A stretch of 64,000 nucleotides of DNA. It comes from Mobula hypostoma. Its lineage: Eukaryota. The position numbers and the translations under genes are program-made. Shown in pieces: positions 36,809 to 49,318 of the stretch. Below the pieces are notes generated by a model. It ran no database searches. It had not been told where the DNA came from and was given only the letters and a program-made list of their open reading frames with translations. Every line of letters begins with the position of its first letter. Position 1 is the stretch's first letter. The stretch lies in contig NC_086109.1 in NCBI RefSeq assembly GCF_963921235.1, forward strand, positions 33,358,001 to 33,422,000, read 5' to 3'.

Positions 36809-37510
36809 TTCAGTAGGTTCAGTTTAATGTCAGAGAAATGTATACAATATACATCCTGAAATTCTTTTTCTTCGCAAACATCCATGAAAGCAGAGGAGTG
36901 CCCCAAAGAATGAATGACAGTTAAATGTTAGAAGCCTGAAGCCCCCCAGCTCCCCCCTCCCATGCATAAGCAGAAGCAAAGTGATGACCCCCCCACCAGC
37001 AAAAAAGCATCAGCACCCCCACCGACCACTCAAGCTGCAGCAAAGCATCAACAAAGTCACAGACTTTCTGTACCCCAAAGACTACTCGTTCACCCAGTAA
37101 TTCGACATACCATGGGCTGTCCCTAATAAGGGAAAAAGAGGTGTCCCCGTTTCACAGCGAGAGGGGAAACGTAGAAAACAACTCGCCGATTTATGGTGTT
37201 AAATGTCTGTTGTGTTGCTTTTTCCAAGCTCTGTGCCAAAGATCTCGAGTCTCTGGGCACACTGCCAGCTGCCAGCTCGCTGCTTACAATCTTCTGTCTC
37301 CCACAACACACTAGTTTTCTGTGGTGGCACCAACATCAAATCTGCCCGCCTCCAGAGCCACGAAAATCCAGCACCTTGAAGGCGTGCTAGTCTTCTAGGT
37401 CACATCCTTGGCATATTGAAAAGCGGCCAGTTGTGAGGCCCTGAGAGTGGGTCCCATTCCCGCAAAGAACCGAAGTCAGAGTGTAACAAAAGAACCCTGA
37501 AAAGGAAAAA
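36809..37510 (-). mobile_element. Unclassified interspersed repeat (LINE/SINE-type 3' end)
   Basis: ttcagtaggttcagtttaatgtcagagaaatgtatacaatataca recurs at ~41855-41900; GC-richer than its flanks. Confidence 0.45.
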
Positions 37511-39004
37511 AAAATGATGTTAGAATGAAGGCTGATTAGTGGAGACTATTGGTGGATAAATGATGGTGGTGCTGCTGTATTGAGTGTTGCAGGTAATGTT
37601 GGTGGTGGGCTTTATAATTTGACAAAGTATTTTGGTTCTTGATCATATATCGTGAATTATTGGGAAGATGATGTTGTCATCTTTCTGTCTCCTCCACCAA
37701 GACCTTAGAAAAACTTAGAAGTTCTAACCTTATATTTCCTCTGTAAATTAAACTTTTTGTAGTGCTGAAAACTTGAAGGTAGAAATGATAATGCAAGTGA
37801 AACTGATTTTATTGGTGAGCGGTTGGGGGAAGACACTTCTCCCTCATGAAGAACTGAATCGATGACGCTACCGATCTCTGATCAGTTGTTAAACTGCAAC
37901 TGATTATCAGCATTTTCTTCCCTGTTTTAAGCAGTGGCTGCTTTACCAGATGTAATGTTATAGCTATACCTTCACACCTTAACCACCCACCATTTAAGCT
38001 GACATAAATTGCAAGAGGATAAATGCTTCAAGGATATAATGAGAGAAATGTAAACGCATGTTTAATTACTGAATGGACAGTAATGCATCATGGCAAATTA
38101 ACACCCCATATATTTTAAAATAAATGTTTCATAGCTTACTTCTGTGTTCGACTGCTAACTAAACACTTTGGTGCAGATCAAATTTATAATCGGAGATCTG
38201 CCACTGATTCTGGTCGGTGGAGCAGTAGCCTCTGACTTGTATACTATGTGAGGCAATTGTTGAAGTGGCTGATTTTTTTTTAAAGGCTCATGGAGGCCCA
38301 ACACACAAATCCTTACAGTTGAGAATAAACCATACATTGAGTAGGATGGTGAATCCTGTGATCCGTGATGCAAAGCTTCAGCAATGAAGTGTCAAGAAAC
38401 TTTGATATTTAGCTAATCTACTTACTTCCCTGATCTCCCATTTATTGAAATTGCATAATGCTTTAAATATAACAACTATTCATGTTGTTTTAAAGATACT
38501 TTAAAATTATTGTTTATAAGCAAAAGCATGTAGAAACCCTATCCATTTAAATAAACTCAAGCATTTAAAAACTGTTTAGTAGTACCTCTGCTTAACTTTT
38601 CAGTTGTACTCCATCATTGAAATTAATGAAGAATTTTCTGTGCCTAATTCAACCTTGTTTCTGAATGTTGCATGTCTCAGCATCTGTTATTAAACCTCTC
38701 ATTTTTGCATCATATCCTGTTCTGGCATGCAACAATATATATCTTTCTCGAAAGATGGGTGTTATTTGTAATGGTTTATTATTCCCTCAATCCTCCATTC
38801 CACATGTAATCCTCTTGCAGATCAACGAGCCTCTAGACCTGTGAAGTTAGAGCCAGCAGTTTCAGTCAGGTATATGTTGAATGGCTACAGCTCACCTGGC
38901 ATCTCTTGAAAAGACTCGGATTTGTCCATTATCTCATTTTGTGGAAGGTCGCTCAAACTCTGAGGCTTTGAGAAACTCTTCCAGCATCTAATTAGTAGGC
39001 TTGG

Positions 39005-39190
39005 TGCAGCACCTGGTTTCTTCAGGTGCTCCAGTTTCCTCCCACAGTCCAAAGGTGTACTGGTTAGAAAGTTAATTGGTCATTGTAAATTGTCCTGTGC
39101 CTAGGTTAGATTTAAATTGGGGGTTGCTGGGTGGTGCGGCTTGGACGAGCCAGAAAGGCCTATTCAGCACTGTATCTCAATAAGTAAGTA
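39005..39190 (+). mobile_element. V-SINE-like fragment
   Basis: ggtttcttcaggtgctccagtttcctcccacagtccaaag...ttaattggtcattgtaaattgtcc; similar to 25945-26120. Confidence 0.7.
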
Positions 39191-39927
39191 AGGGCTATGA
39201 AAATGGAAGAGCTTGATTTGGTTGCCTTAGAGGCAATAAGGCAATTTATTATGAATATGTTTGATATCCTGTCTTCCTGTATTTTCTCTGTGGAATTAAG
39301 TTTATTGTTAACTGTAGTTCCATCTCCCACAATTTCTTCTATTGCCTCTGGGGGGTAAAAGTCAATGCTGTTGATGTTGAAATCCCCACGGACCAGTTAA
39401 GAAGTTAACAAATGACAGAATGGATGTAAGAAATAGAGGAGCTGAGGGTTAAGATAAAAGACACATTAGCCTTGTAGTTCAACGACCTAATACTGTGATA
39501 CAAATAAAAATTGTTTTTCTTTGAATGAAATATCTACCATTTCCCTTCTGTTTTGTGTCATTCTGGATATTTGACTGGGCATTTCCTGCCATGAATCATA
39601 CTTGCATAGTGTTACATTTATGGTATTGGACATAACAATGATGTTAATTGTGCAATGCTATTTTTTCTAGTATTGGTGGATAAATTCCAATGACAGTGTA
39701 TGAGCCCTGGAGGAAAAATCAGGATTTCATTGTCTTACAGCAAATTTCAGACTAATTTATTTATCACATGTATATCAAAACATACAATGAAACGTGTTGT
39801 TTGCGTTAAGAACCAACACAAGCTTAAGATATGCTAGGAGCAGTTCGCAAGTGTCACTGACACCAACATAGCATGCCCATGATGTTTAACAGGAAAACAG
39901 CAAAACATGCCCCTCTCCTTCCGCTAT

Positions 39928-40249
39928 CCACCCATCCACTCACCCACAGTCACCCATCCACTCACTCACACACAGTCACCCATCCACTCTCACATAGACA
40001 GTCACCCATCCACTCACTCACACAGTCACCCATCCACTCTCACATAGACAGTCACCCATCCACTCTCACATAGACAGTCACCCATCCACTCTCACATAGA
40101 CAGTCACCCATCCACTCACTCACACAGTCACCCATCCACTCACTCACACAGTCACCCATCCACTCACTCACACACAGTCACCCATCCACTCACACACAGT
40201 CACCCATCCACTCACACACGGACAGTCACCCATCCACTCACACACAGTC
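39928..40249. repeat. Minisatellite, 22-26 bp unit cagtcacccatccactc(a/t)c.., ~13 copies
   Basis: Directly visible tandem copies. Confidence 0.9.
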
Positions 40250-41239
40250 TTCCAACCTCAGGACAGGTTGACTTCAGACCTGTAGCCTCCATTGGACTTG
40301 CAGCCATAAGGCCTCCAAATTCACTGACTCTCAGAACAGTCCTGTATCTCAGCACTGGGGCTTCAGGTTGACTTATGAACGTTGATCTTAGGTATCCACT
40401 CCAGGACCCGCTGATGATGGAAGCTGAACTCCAGAGGTGCGGACTTGTGTACCTAGAAGGTCACCAGTCCTCATGCCTCTTGCCCACACAGATCTCAGTA
40501 AACTTGGAGGTGGGGGAATGGGGTTGGGTGGAGACCAGCCACTGACTAGAAGCAGCATTGTTTGAAAGCAGTCTCCTCCGTCAAATGCATCTTCTGAATT
40601 TTGCTATAGTTTGGCTAGAAGGCTTGGACCTAGAAGACAGGACCGTACAAGGACCAGAACAAAGAGTATTATAATTTCTTCTGTCACAGATATTATTCCC
40701 CAAGAATCTATAGGGACCATTGTTTCTACCTTCTCTTTTCGAAACACATTGTCTTGAGAGGATAAAATTAAAGTTGTTGTCACACTGACTGCAAACTCTG
40801 TGACTGTAACTCAGCTTGTGCCCATTTCTGGGTCAGGGTTGGGGTCATTGAATCATTCTGAGTGTCTGTAGCTTGTGTCTGCCAATTCTCGTAGTTTGCT
40901 ATTCCCCATATATTCCTTTAGAAGAAATGAGACAGGATGGGAATGAGGGTTTCATTCAAGTTCAGATGGTAGGCAATGCTCATTTAGTGTTTTGGTGTGC
41001 ATTATAGTACCCAAAGTACCTTTATCAATCACAAGGGTTTCCACATCAAGGCTTGTGATTAACAATGCAAGAAACCATATGGTTAATGCCTGTGGAATCC
41101 TGAGGGAGGACAGAAATGGTCCTCTACCTGATGAACATTGATACAACCAAGTATTGTGATTTGGAGTCTGCAAAGGAGGCATAAATTCTCCTTACTCTCA
41201 ATGTCAATAGTGTGCCTTCCGCATCACTCCCTCCCTTAC

Positions 41240-42320
41240 TGGCTGATTGGCAGAATGCAAAGATTGGGAGCCTTTTCTATTTGGCTGCCATTGGCTAGTG
41301 GTCGGTGTTCAATACTTAGCACATTGTATGTTAATGATCTGGATGACAAAATTGATGGCTATGTGGCCTATGTTTGTGGGTGTTACAAAGATAGATAGGG
41401 GAGTACGGAGTCTGTAGAAGGATTTCAACAGATTGGGACAATGGGCAAGAGAGTGGCAGATGGAATACAGTGTAAGGAAGTGTATGGTTATGCACTTTGA
41501 TAGAAGGAATATAGACATAACCTTATACTATTTTCTAAATGGGGAGCAAATTCAAAATTTGTAAGTGCAAAGTGAATGGGAAACCAAGTGCAGAGTTCCC
41601 TGGAGCTTAACTTGCAGGTTGAGTCGGATGTAAGGAAGGCAAATGTAATTTATCCTTCATTTCCAGAGGACCAGAATATAAAAGCAAGGATTTTATAAGG
41701 CATTGGTCAGACCACATTTGGAGTATTGTGAGCAGTTTTGGGCTTCATATCTAAGAAATGATGTGCTGGTATAGGAGAGGGTCCAGAGGAGGTTTACAAG
41801 ATTATGCCACCTGATCCCGGGAATGAAAGGGTTAATATATGAAGCGTGATGGCTTCAATAGGTTCAGTAGAAATGTCAGAAAAATGTATACAATATACAA
41901 ACTTCTCAGGCTTGCTGAACTTTAGAAGATTGAAGGGGGATCTCATTGAAACCTAGCGAATATTGAAAGGCCTAGATAGAGTGGATGTGGAGGGAATGTT
42001 TCCAGTATTGGGAGAGTCTGGGACCAGAGGGCTCAGACTCAGAATGTAAGGACATCCCTTTCGAACAGAGGTAAGGAGGAATTTCTTTAGCCAAAGGGTG
42101 GTGGATCTGTTAAATTCATTGCTGTAGAAGGCTGTGAAGGCCACGTCTTCGGGTATATTTACGGCAGAAGTTGATAGGTTTATGATTTGTAAGGACGTCA
42201 AAGCTTGTAGGGAGAAGGCAGAGGAATGGGCCTGAGAGTGAAATCTAATCAACTATGATGAAATGGCAAAGCAGACTCGATGGACTGAATGGCCTAATTC
42301 TACTGTTGTATCTTATTGAA
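41240..42320 (+). mobile_element. Degraded CR1 LINE (RT to 3' end)
   Basis: [33 protein letters not shown] and GDLIET motifs; 3' gactcgatggactgaatggcctaattc. Confidence 0.75.
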
Positions 42321-44371
42321 GTAGCCTTTTTAAAAGATTCTACAGATATACTTGCCACTTGTCATAAAGGGATCTAACATAATAAGGAAGGGAGTAATAT
42401 GGTAGGGCTATAAGACAGATGCAGTTCCTGGAGACCTGATACCTGAATAGTCAACATTTCAGTTAAGGTTATAAGCACCTGCTATGGACATTTCTCTGCA
42501 TATGAAAGAGCTTCCATAATATCAAATTTTAAAGTCCAATGTGAATTGTTCTTATGAACAACAGAATCCATTTCCTCTAATAATTGTTTGTATTCGTCTT
42601 GTGTGGTTTTTGATGCTGTTCATTACAATATTGCAGAGGCGTGTTTACTGGATTTTCTGATTTGTGGACAAAGTCGACTTCTGTATAAGTGGAACCTGTT
42701 CATTGCATGAAGCTCTGCATCTCAGTAAAAAGTTGTAGGGGCAGAGAGCAGATTAAAATGGCCTTTCATCCACCAGAACTCTCACTTTTATAAATCTTGT
42801 GAGCTCTGGACATTATTTTTATATTGATTCATATCTCAAATAAGGTGTTGCCTCCTGCCAGATACAGCTGACCCAGGACTGAAGCCAGCCTTCCGACCAC
42901 ACGGTTCAATGGAAATTTTGTTCGGCTATGCCACCTGGCGGAAAATATAAGTTTGGGAGGGAACAGAATATATCTGCATTGTATTAATGTCATTAAAATT
43001 TGTGTTCCTTGGGTACATTTTTAAAATGGTCAGGGACAGCTGGAGCACTATTATGACACTTCTATTTGAGCACAAGTGATTTTTTAGGCCACTATTTGAT
43101 GGCTTTATACACAGTTTATTAATTTGCAAATTTTCTCCCTTAAATAGAAACCTTTAATCATGTTCTCACTATTACTATTCAGGTTCTCAGGATGCAATCT
43201 TTTTTAGGTATTTATCAGTTGTGTATTAACAAAACCTATGTCTCTTTCTTCCCAATACCACACAAGCAGAAGAGGACATTGATGGTGATGGAGTTGAGGG
43301 AGGTAGAGTTGGGAAACTAGCATGTGTGGAAGTATCAAAAGGTGAAACATGGTTTCTTTCCATTGCACTTGTACCTTCTTGCTTTAGAGTTACCACGGGA
43401 CAAATTATTATTGTACTTGAATATGGTTGCTACTGTCTAGATGATGGGAAATGGAAACTCCAAGTGATGAATGCCCCTTCTTGAACTTTTTGTGGGCCTG
43501 GTACAGTAGATTTCACTGATAGTTTGAAATAAAAACACTGCTACTGGTCCGGGCAGTTTGTCTCTAAATACAAAATAGATGTTAATGGGTTAACTAAAGT
43601 GTGGTAAAGTTCCTGCTACTGTCAAGAATGGCGCCCTACAGAGTCACAGTAGCTGGCAAATCCAGCCTGCCAGTCTCCCAAATGTTTGTTCGCATGTAAG
43701 GATTCATGTTGGGCATTTATAGCCTGGAGGGGATCTGCATATTATTAATGTGCGACAAGAGGCATGTGTATTTCAAACCAGTGCATCAATTTTTGAAATG
43801 TATAACTTGAAAATTACATCAGTACAGTTATGCTGCCAAAACAGAGCATCTAGGACCTGTACTTCCCATATCATATGATGCAAGCTGAGAGAAAATCCAG
43901 AGCTTAGATGACTAGCAGTGTAAACTTACAGGTCGTTTGTTGCATTGGTTGAGTCCTAAGCATTTCTATAAAATATATTCGACAGTATAGCAAGGATCGT
44001 TTTCCTATTGTTAGAATTGGAATTTTGATAGCTCTTTCTCATCAGGGATATTGGATTTTTGAGCTGGTAGTCAACATTGTGGTGTGAGTCTGATCCTAAT
44101 CAGAATTTCTTCCTGTTTCCTGTGCGAGTCAGCCTTTAGTCATAAGGGTTCCCATTTCCTCAAACTCACCACAAAATAAATAGGGTGTCTTACTCACACT
44201 GAAGCATGGGCAGTGATCCAGAGGTCCTTTGCTAACTATTTACTGGTATTTTCATTTTTTATATTTGGCACAGAATATATATCCTTTTCTTAATTTGTTT
44301 TGATTAAAAGAAAAAATCCTTTGCAAAAATGACATGATACATATAATCTTTTTTCCCTTCTTGTGAATGCA

Positions 44372-44404
<33 letters not shown>

Positions 44405-44416
44405 CGCATACACACA
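44372..44416. repeat. Compound alternating purine-pyrimidine microsatellite (TG)n(CG)n(CA)n
   Basis: gtgtgt...gtgcgcgcgcgcgcatacacaca. Confidence 0.95.
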
Positions 44417-46301
44417 AAAGGTAAAAGTTATGTGAAGCAATAAGTAACAGCTTTTATTATTAAAAAAAATATATTTGGAGGAAACTCTTTTGCCTTCGTG
44501 CCAAATCAGAAAACTTGCAAAAGCTGAGTGTAATGGGACATGAACTTCTTATAAGTAAAGCCACATGTGAATCCTTTATGACACCATTTGTATTAGAGGT
44601 AAAGCATACAAAAGTGGATTTATTTTTGAAATACTAAATTAAGGAATGACTCAACTGAATATTAATACGGAACACGGTAAGTGCATTTCCTAGAGGAACC
44701 TGGATACACTAACCCAAAAAATGAACTGAAACTCACGGTCATTCTGCTCAAATGGCATGGATTCTGTGATGAATGATTGGAGTAGCAGCACTTTGTTATT
44801 GCAGGTTCTACATTTCTGGTGTTGCACGAGCACAGCAACCTTTTCTGCCATATGTCCTTTCTTTCTTCTGCCTTTCTTTTTCTCTGTAAACCTACGCACT
44901 ATCAGCCGTAGTTATGCCACCTTTTCACTATTGTCCATTCTGCAGTCACAAGCCTGATGAATCCTTCAGCACTTAATTTTTCTGCTAACTTCCTAACATT
45001 ACAACCTTGATGGATTATCCCTCAGCTTCTCTCTGTTCTGTTCTTGCCATTAATCTGCCTTCTGGTGTCTGTAGGCGCAGTTTTTTTTGTATGCAATTCA
45101 TTTTGCATGAACATCACTTCTTGTACGTAAGCTGTTTTTTAAAGCATTTCCTGTGCAGGATAATTTGGATTTCAACTTGAGCTACAAAGTGAAAAGACAT
45201 CTATCTCCATTCTCTCTTTATTTGCCCTTGAAACAGCAATATTTATGAGTCTTAAGTTTTGATAATATCAGTAAAGATTTAATAGATATATATAGAAGCA
45301 AGTATCATTTATTGTTATTAAGACGTTGCACATAAATTTACTCTTGTCTACATGGCATAGTAGTGCTTGTGTGTATCACCTTAGTTGACAATGATTACGA
45401 GAATTAATATCATTAATATATTCAGGCACCTGACAATTTTATATTGAATTTAATAAGAATTTTACTTAGCTCTCTGTAATTTCACAAGTAAGATCTTAGT
45501 AAAAATCCTGAAGGAAGCTTCTGTCTCGGGTGATTTTTAAAAAAGGTATTTAACTCACGACATAGCTTTGTACATCTGCACTGCGAGGGCAGTGTAGTGA
45601 AAAGATAACTCGTCCTCAAAGGACTGGACATGCATCTGAATGCTGTTCATTACAATGTCAGCTTCCGATCAGAGCAACGTTGATCACCGAAACCTGGAAG
45701 TTAGGTCAAATGTGGCGCATTGAGCGTGTCATTGCAATGCCCGAACGAATCAACAATTGGCATAGCTGCTGTACAAGCTTGTGCTAAGCGCAAATTTGAG
45801 ATGCAAATAGGGAACAGCTTGTATAGAAATGGAGAGAACACACGTAGAAGCTGCATTTAGTGCGCTCAAGGAAAAGTGTGAAACGGAGGCTGCTCAGTAG
45901 AGGCAAAGGTGTATGAAACAGCAGCTGGCTTAGACAGTGGTCAGTCCACAACCAGAATCAGTCATGTTTTGTCATCACAACAGTCAGTGCAGCTTTCTAA
46001 AGAATACATCCAAACACATTTTGGTTATAAAAAGACATGCTCGAGTTCTACAAGGAGAAGCTGTCCACATCACGAAGCCAACATGCCTTCAACCTGGCGG
46101 ATGGAAAGCGCACAAGGAGCCACGGGCCCACTCACCTTGAAGTCTGGTGTGGATGCCACTAGGTCACCGGCAAGCAAATGAAATAGCCAATGAAAAATGA
46201 GAGCAAGTGTAGCTGAGTGCAAGGAGTGGAAAAAGATACAGTTTGCTTAGAACTTAAACTGCTCGAACAAAACCAGCCGAAATGGGCTTTGTGATATCGG
46301 G

Positions 46302-46862
46302 CAACACACATAAAAGTTGCTGGTGAACGCAGCAGGCCAGGCAGCATCTGTAGGAAGAGGTGCAGTCGACGTTTCAGGCCGAGACCCTTCGTCAGGACTA
46401 ACTGAAGGAAGAGTGAGTAAGGGATTTGATAGTTTGAGGGGGAGGGGGAGATCCAAAATGATAGGAGAAGACAGGAGGGGGAGGGATGGAGCCAAGAGCT
46501 GGACAGGTGATAGGCAAAAGGGATACGAGAGGATCATGGGACAGGAGGTCCGGGAAGAAAGACGAGGGGGGGGACCTAGAGGATGGGCAAGGGGTATATT
46601 CAGAGGGACAGAGGGAGAAAAAGGAGAGTGAGGGAAAGAATGTGTGTATAAAAATAAGTAACAGATGGGGTACGAGGGGGAGGTGGGGCATTAGCGGAAG
46701 TTAGAGAAGTCGATGATCATGCCATCAGGTTGGAGGCTACCCAGACGGAATATAAGGTCGACTGCACCTCTTCCTAGAGATGCTGCCTGACCTGCTGCGT
46801 TCACCAGCAACTTTTATGTGTGTTGCTTGAATTTCCAGCATCTGCAGAATTCCTGTCGTTTG
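46302..46862 (-). mobile_element. Two-armed PLE insertion inside Gypsy gag (minus arm 46302-46758, plus arm 46757-46862 with tail)
   Basis: Flanking direct repeat tttgtgatatcggg (46288-46301, 46859-46872); the minus arm extends into the ORF end. Confidence 0.9.
46363..46400 (-). ncRNA. Minimal hammerhead ribozyme, intact core
   Basis: cagtcGACGTTTCaggccgagacccTTCGTCAGgacta is the exact reverse complement of 4395-4432. Confidence 0.8.
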
Positions 46863-48867
46863 TGATATCGGGAATGTAATATAGGAACATTTAAAACCAA
46901 AATCATTGTTGATTGCAGAACGCTTTATGTTTCATAGGTGGAATCAAAAGGAAAGGGAGACAATTTCAGCTTACGTGGCTGAATTGAAGAAATTGTCTGA
47001 GTATTTTCAGTTCAGTGATGGGCTTAATGATACGCTGACAGTTCGTTTAGTTTGTGGAATCTTATAAGAAAGTATTCAAAAATGCCTCCTAATGGAAGCA
47101 CAGCTCATATTTAAAAGAGTAGTTGAAGTTGCTGTATTAATGGAAACGGCTGCCAGAGACACAATTGAGTTGCAGTCAAGAATGAAAATGAGTGTGAACA
47201 AAATTGCAATGTCCAAACAGAAACATGCCTGGCTGAACAAATTGTTACTGTTGTGTCAGAGGCTCGCATACACTAGACTAATGCAGGTTTAAAGGGAAAA
47301 CTTGAAGAAAATACAACAAGGTAGGACACACAAAGAGCATATCAGGTAGACAAAAATAAATGGACTGCACAGGGTATAGAAGAAGATAAAAAGTCAAGTT
47401 GCATTTTCAGAAGAGCACTAATCTGCATGCTGTTGATGAAAAATTTTATAATGATAAGAATCAACAATTGGCAGGGCTGTAAGACCAGTTAGCCTTGAGA
47501 TTTACAATGTGAAAACTAACAAGAGACCAGCATTATGGCTTACACCAGAAATGAGAGGCAAATTAATTAAATGGAATTGAATACTGGCTTTGCTGTTTCA
47601 GTAATTCCATAAAATGAATTTCAAAGATACGGAACGGAAGTCTGCTGATATGTAACTAAGAACTTGTACTGGAGGAAGGATAACTCCCTTGAGAATGACA
47701 TTTGTAACAATGAAATACAGCAACCAAAAAGCCACGTGGGACTCGTATGTGATTAAAACCCAGAGGGCTAGCATTGTGGGGCCGGGACTGACTGAAGTAA
47801 CTACAGCTTGATTGGAGATCCATCTGCCATTTGCATGCCACATCCTCTGCAATACAGTCAACTAAAAGTGAATTAGGAAAGCTACTGGATGATGCCACAG
47901 CAGTGTTTAGGGATGACATTGGAAATTTTAAACTTATCAAGGGTAAAATGGTGTTGAATGAAAATGTCATACCCAAGTATTACAAAGCCAGTCCAGTTCC
48001 ATATACTATCCATGATAAAATAGCCAGTGAGCTGGATCTCATGGAGCCTGAAGGAAGTCCTTCCAAGGTTGAGTGGAGCCCATGGGCAATGCCAGTGGTC
48101 CCAGTAGTCTGTCAGGGTCTGTGGTAATTTTAAGGTCATTATCAACCCAGCACTGAAGTATATCTGTATCCTCTGCGCAGGGTAGATGATGTCTTTGCAA
48201 ATCTTTCTGGGGGGAAACACTTCAGCAAAGTGGACTTAGCTGAGGCCTACCTACAGATGGAGATAGAAGAGGAGTCCAAACACTCACAAAGGGCTTTATC
48301 GCTATAATAGATTTATTTTTGGTGTAGCAAATGCATCTGCACTCTGGCAGAAAGCTGTGGACCAGATGCTGTAAGGTTGCCCGGGTACTTGGTGTAATCA
48401 TTGTAACCAATGAGGATGACATGGAATGTCTCCAAGATCTCAAAACGTTGTTTAAAAAGATTAAAAGATTATAGGCTTTGAGCACGACACAACAAGTGTG
48501 ACTTCTTTAAACAAAGCATCACTTACTGTGGTCACACCCATTGACACCAAGTGTGCTGAGAAAATTCAAGCAGTGGTGAATGCTCCAAGGCCAAAGGGTG
48601 TGTCACAGTTGCAGTCCTTTTTTAGGATTTGTCAATTACTTTAACAGATTCCTGCCTAACCTGGCTAACGTGCTCCACTCCTTGAACTTATTACTACAGA
48701 TTGGGAAGAAATGGCGATAGTCAAAGCAATGTGAGGTGATTTTCCAAAAGGCAAAGGAAAAAGTGATGTCACACACTGTACTCATACATTATAATCCACA
48801 CCTTCCAATGAAGCTCGTCTTTCACCTCGCCTTATGGTGTACGTGCAATCATGTCATGTTATGAGTG

Positions 48868-49318
48868 ATTAGATTAAATTCAACTTTATTGTCATTGTGC
48901 CGAGTACAGATACAAAGCCAATAAAATGCATTTAGCATCTGACCAGAAATGCAAAAAATAGTGCTATTTACGAAAAACTGCGAATAAAAAATGTGCTACA
49001 GCACACAAATATAAAAGTACTGAGACAGTACAATATGGATGCAATACTGCTTAACGCTGTGATGAGAGGTTCGGCAGTGTCACAGCCTTGGGGAAGAAGC
49101 TCTTCCTGTGCCTGCTGGTGCGGGAGCAGAGGCTGCTGTGGCGCCTACCGGATGGGAGGAGAGTAAAAAGTCCATGGTTAGGGTGAGATGCATCCCTGAT
49201 CATGCTTTTCGCCCTGCCCAGGCAGTGTTTATGATATATGTTCTCAATGGAGGGCAGTTGGTTGCCGATAATCCGCTGGGCAGTTTTCACCATACACTGA
49301 AGTGCTTTGCGTGTTGGA
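48868..49318 (-). mobile_element. Rex1/Babar 3' fragment nested in the Gypsy RNase H region
   Basis: ORF 49051-49347: RKALQ..KTAQRIIG..HPNHGLFTLLPSGRR..SFFP. Confidence 0.75.

Noticed and set aside
43270..43302. 33-nt candidate HMGA exon 4 or acidic-tail exon
   Set aside because: Phase-0 translation (KRTLMVMELRE) does not resemble HMGA, the acidic reading (EEDIDGDGVE) is out of phase, and the donor gtagag is weak.
44689..44703. CCTAGAGGAACCTGG (PRGTW) as a third AT-hook exon
   Set aside because: Lacks the RGRP core and compatible splice sites.
44690..44957. Short ORFs with a basic stretch and CxxC
   Set aside because: No recognisable family; could be an ancient TE remnant, but I cannot support a call.
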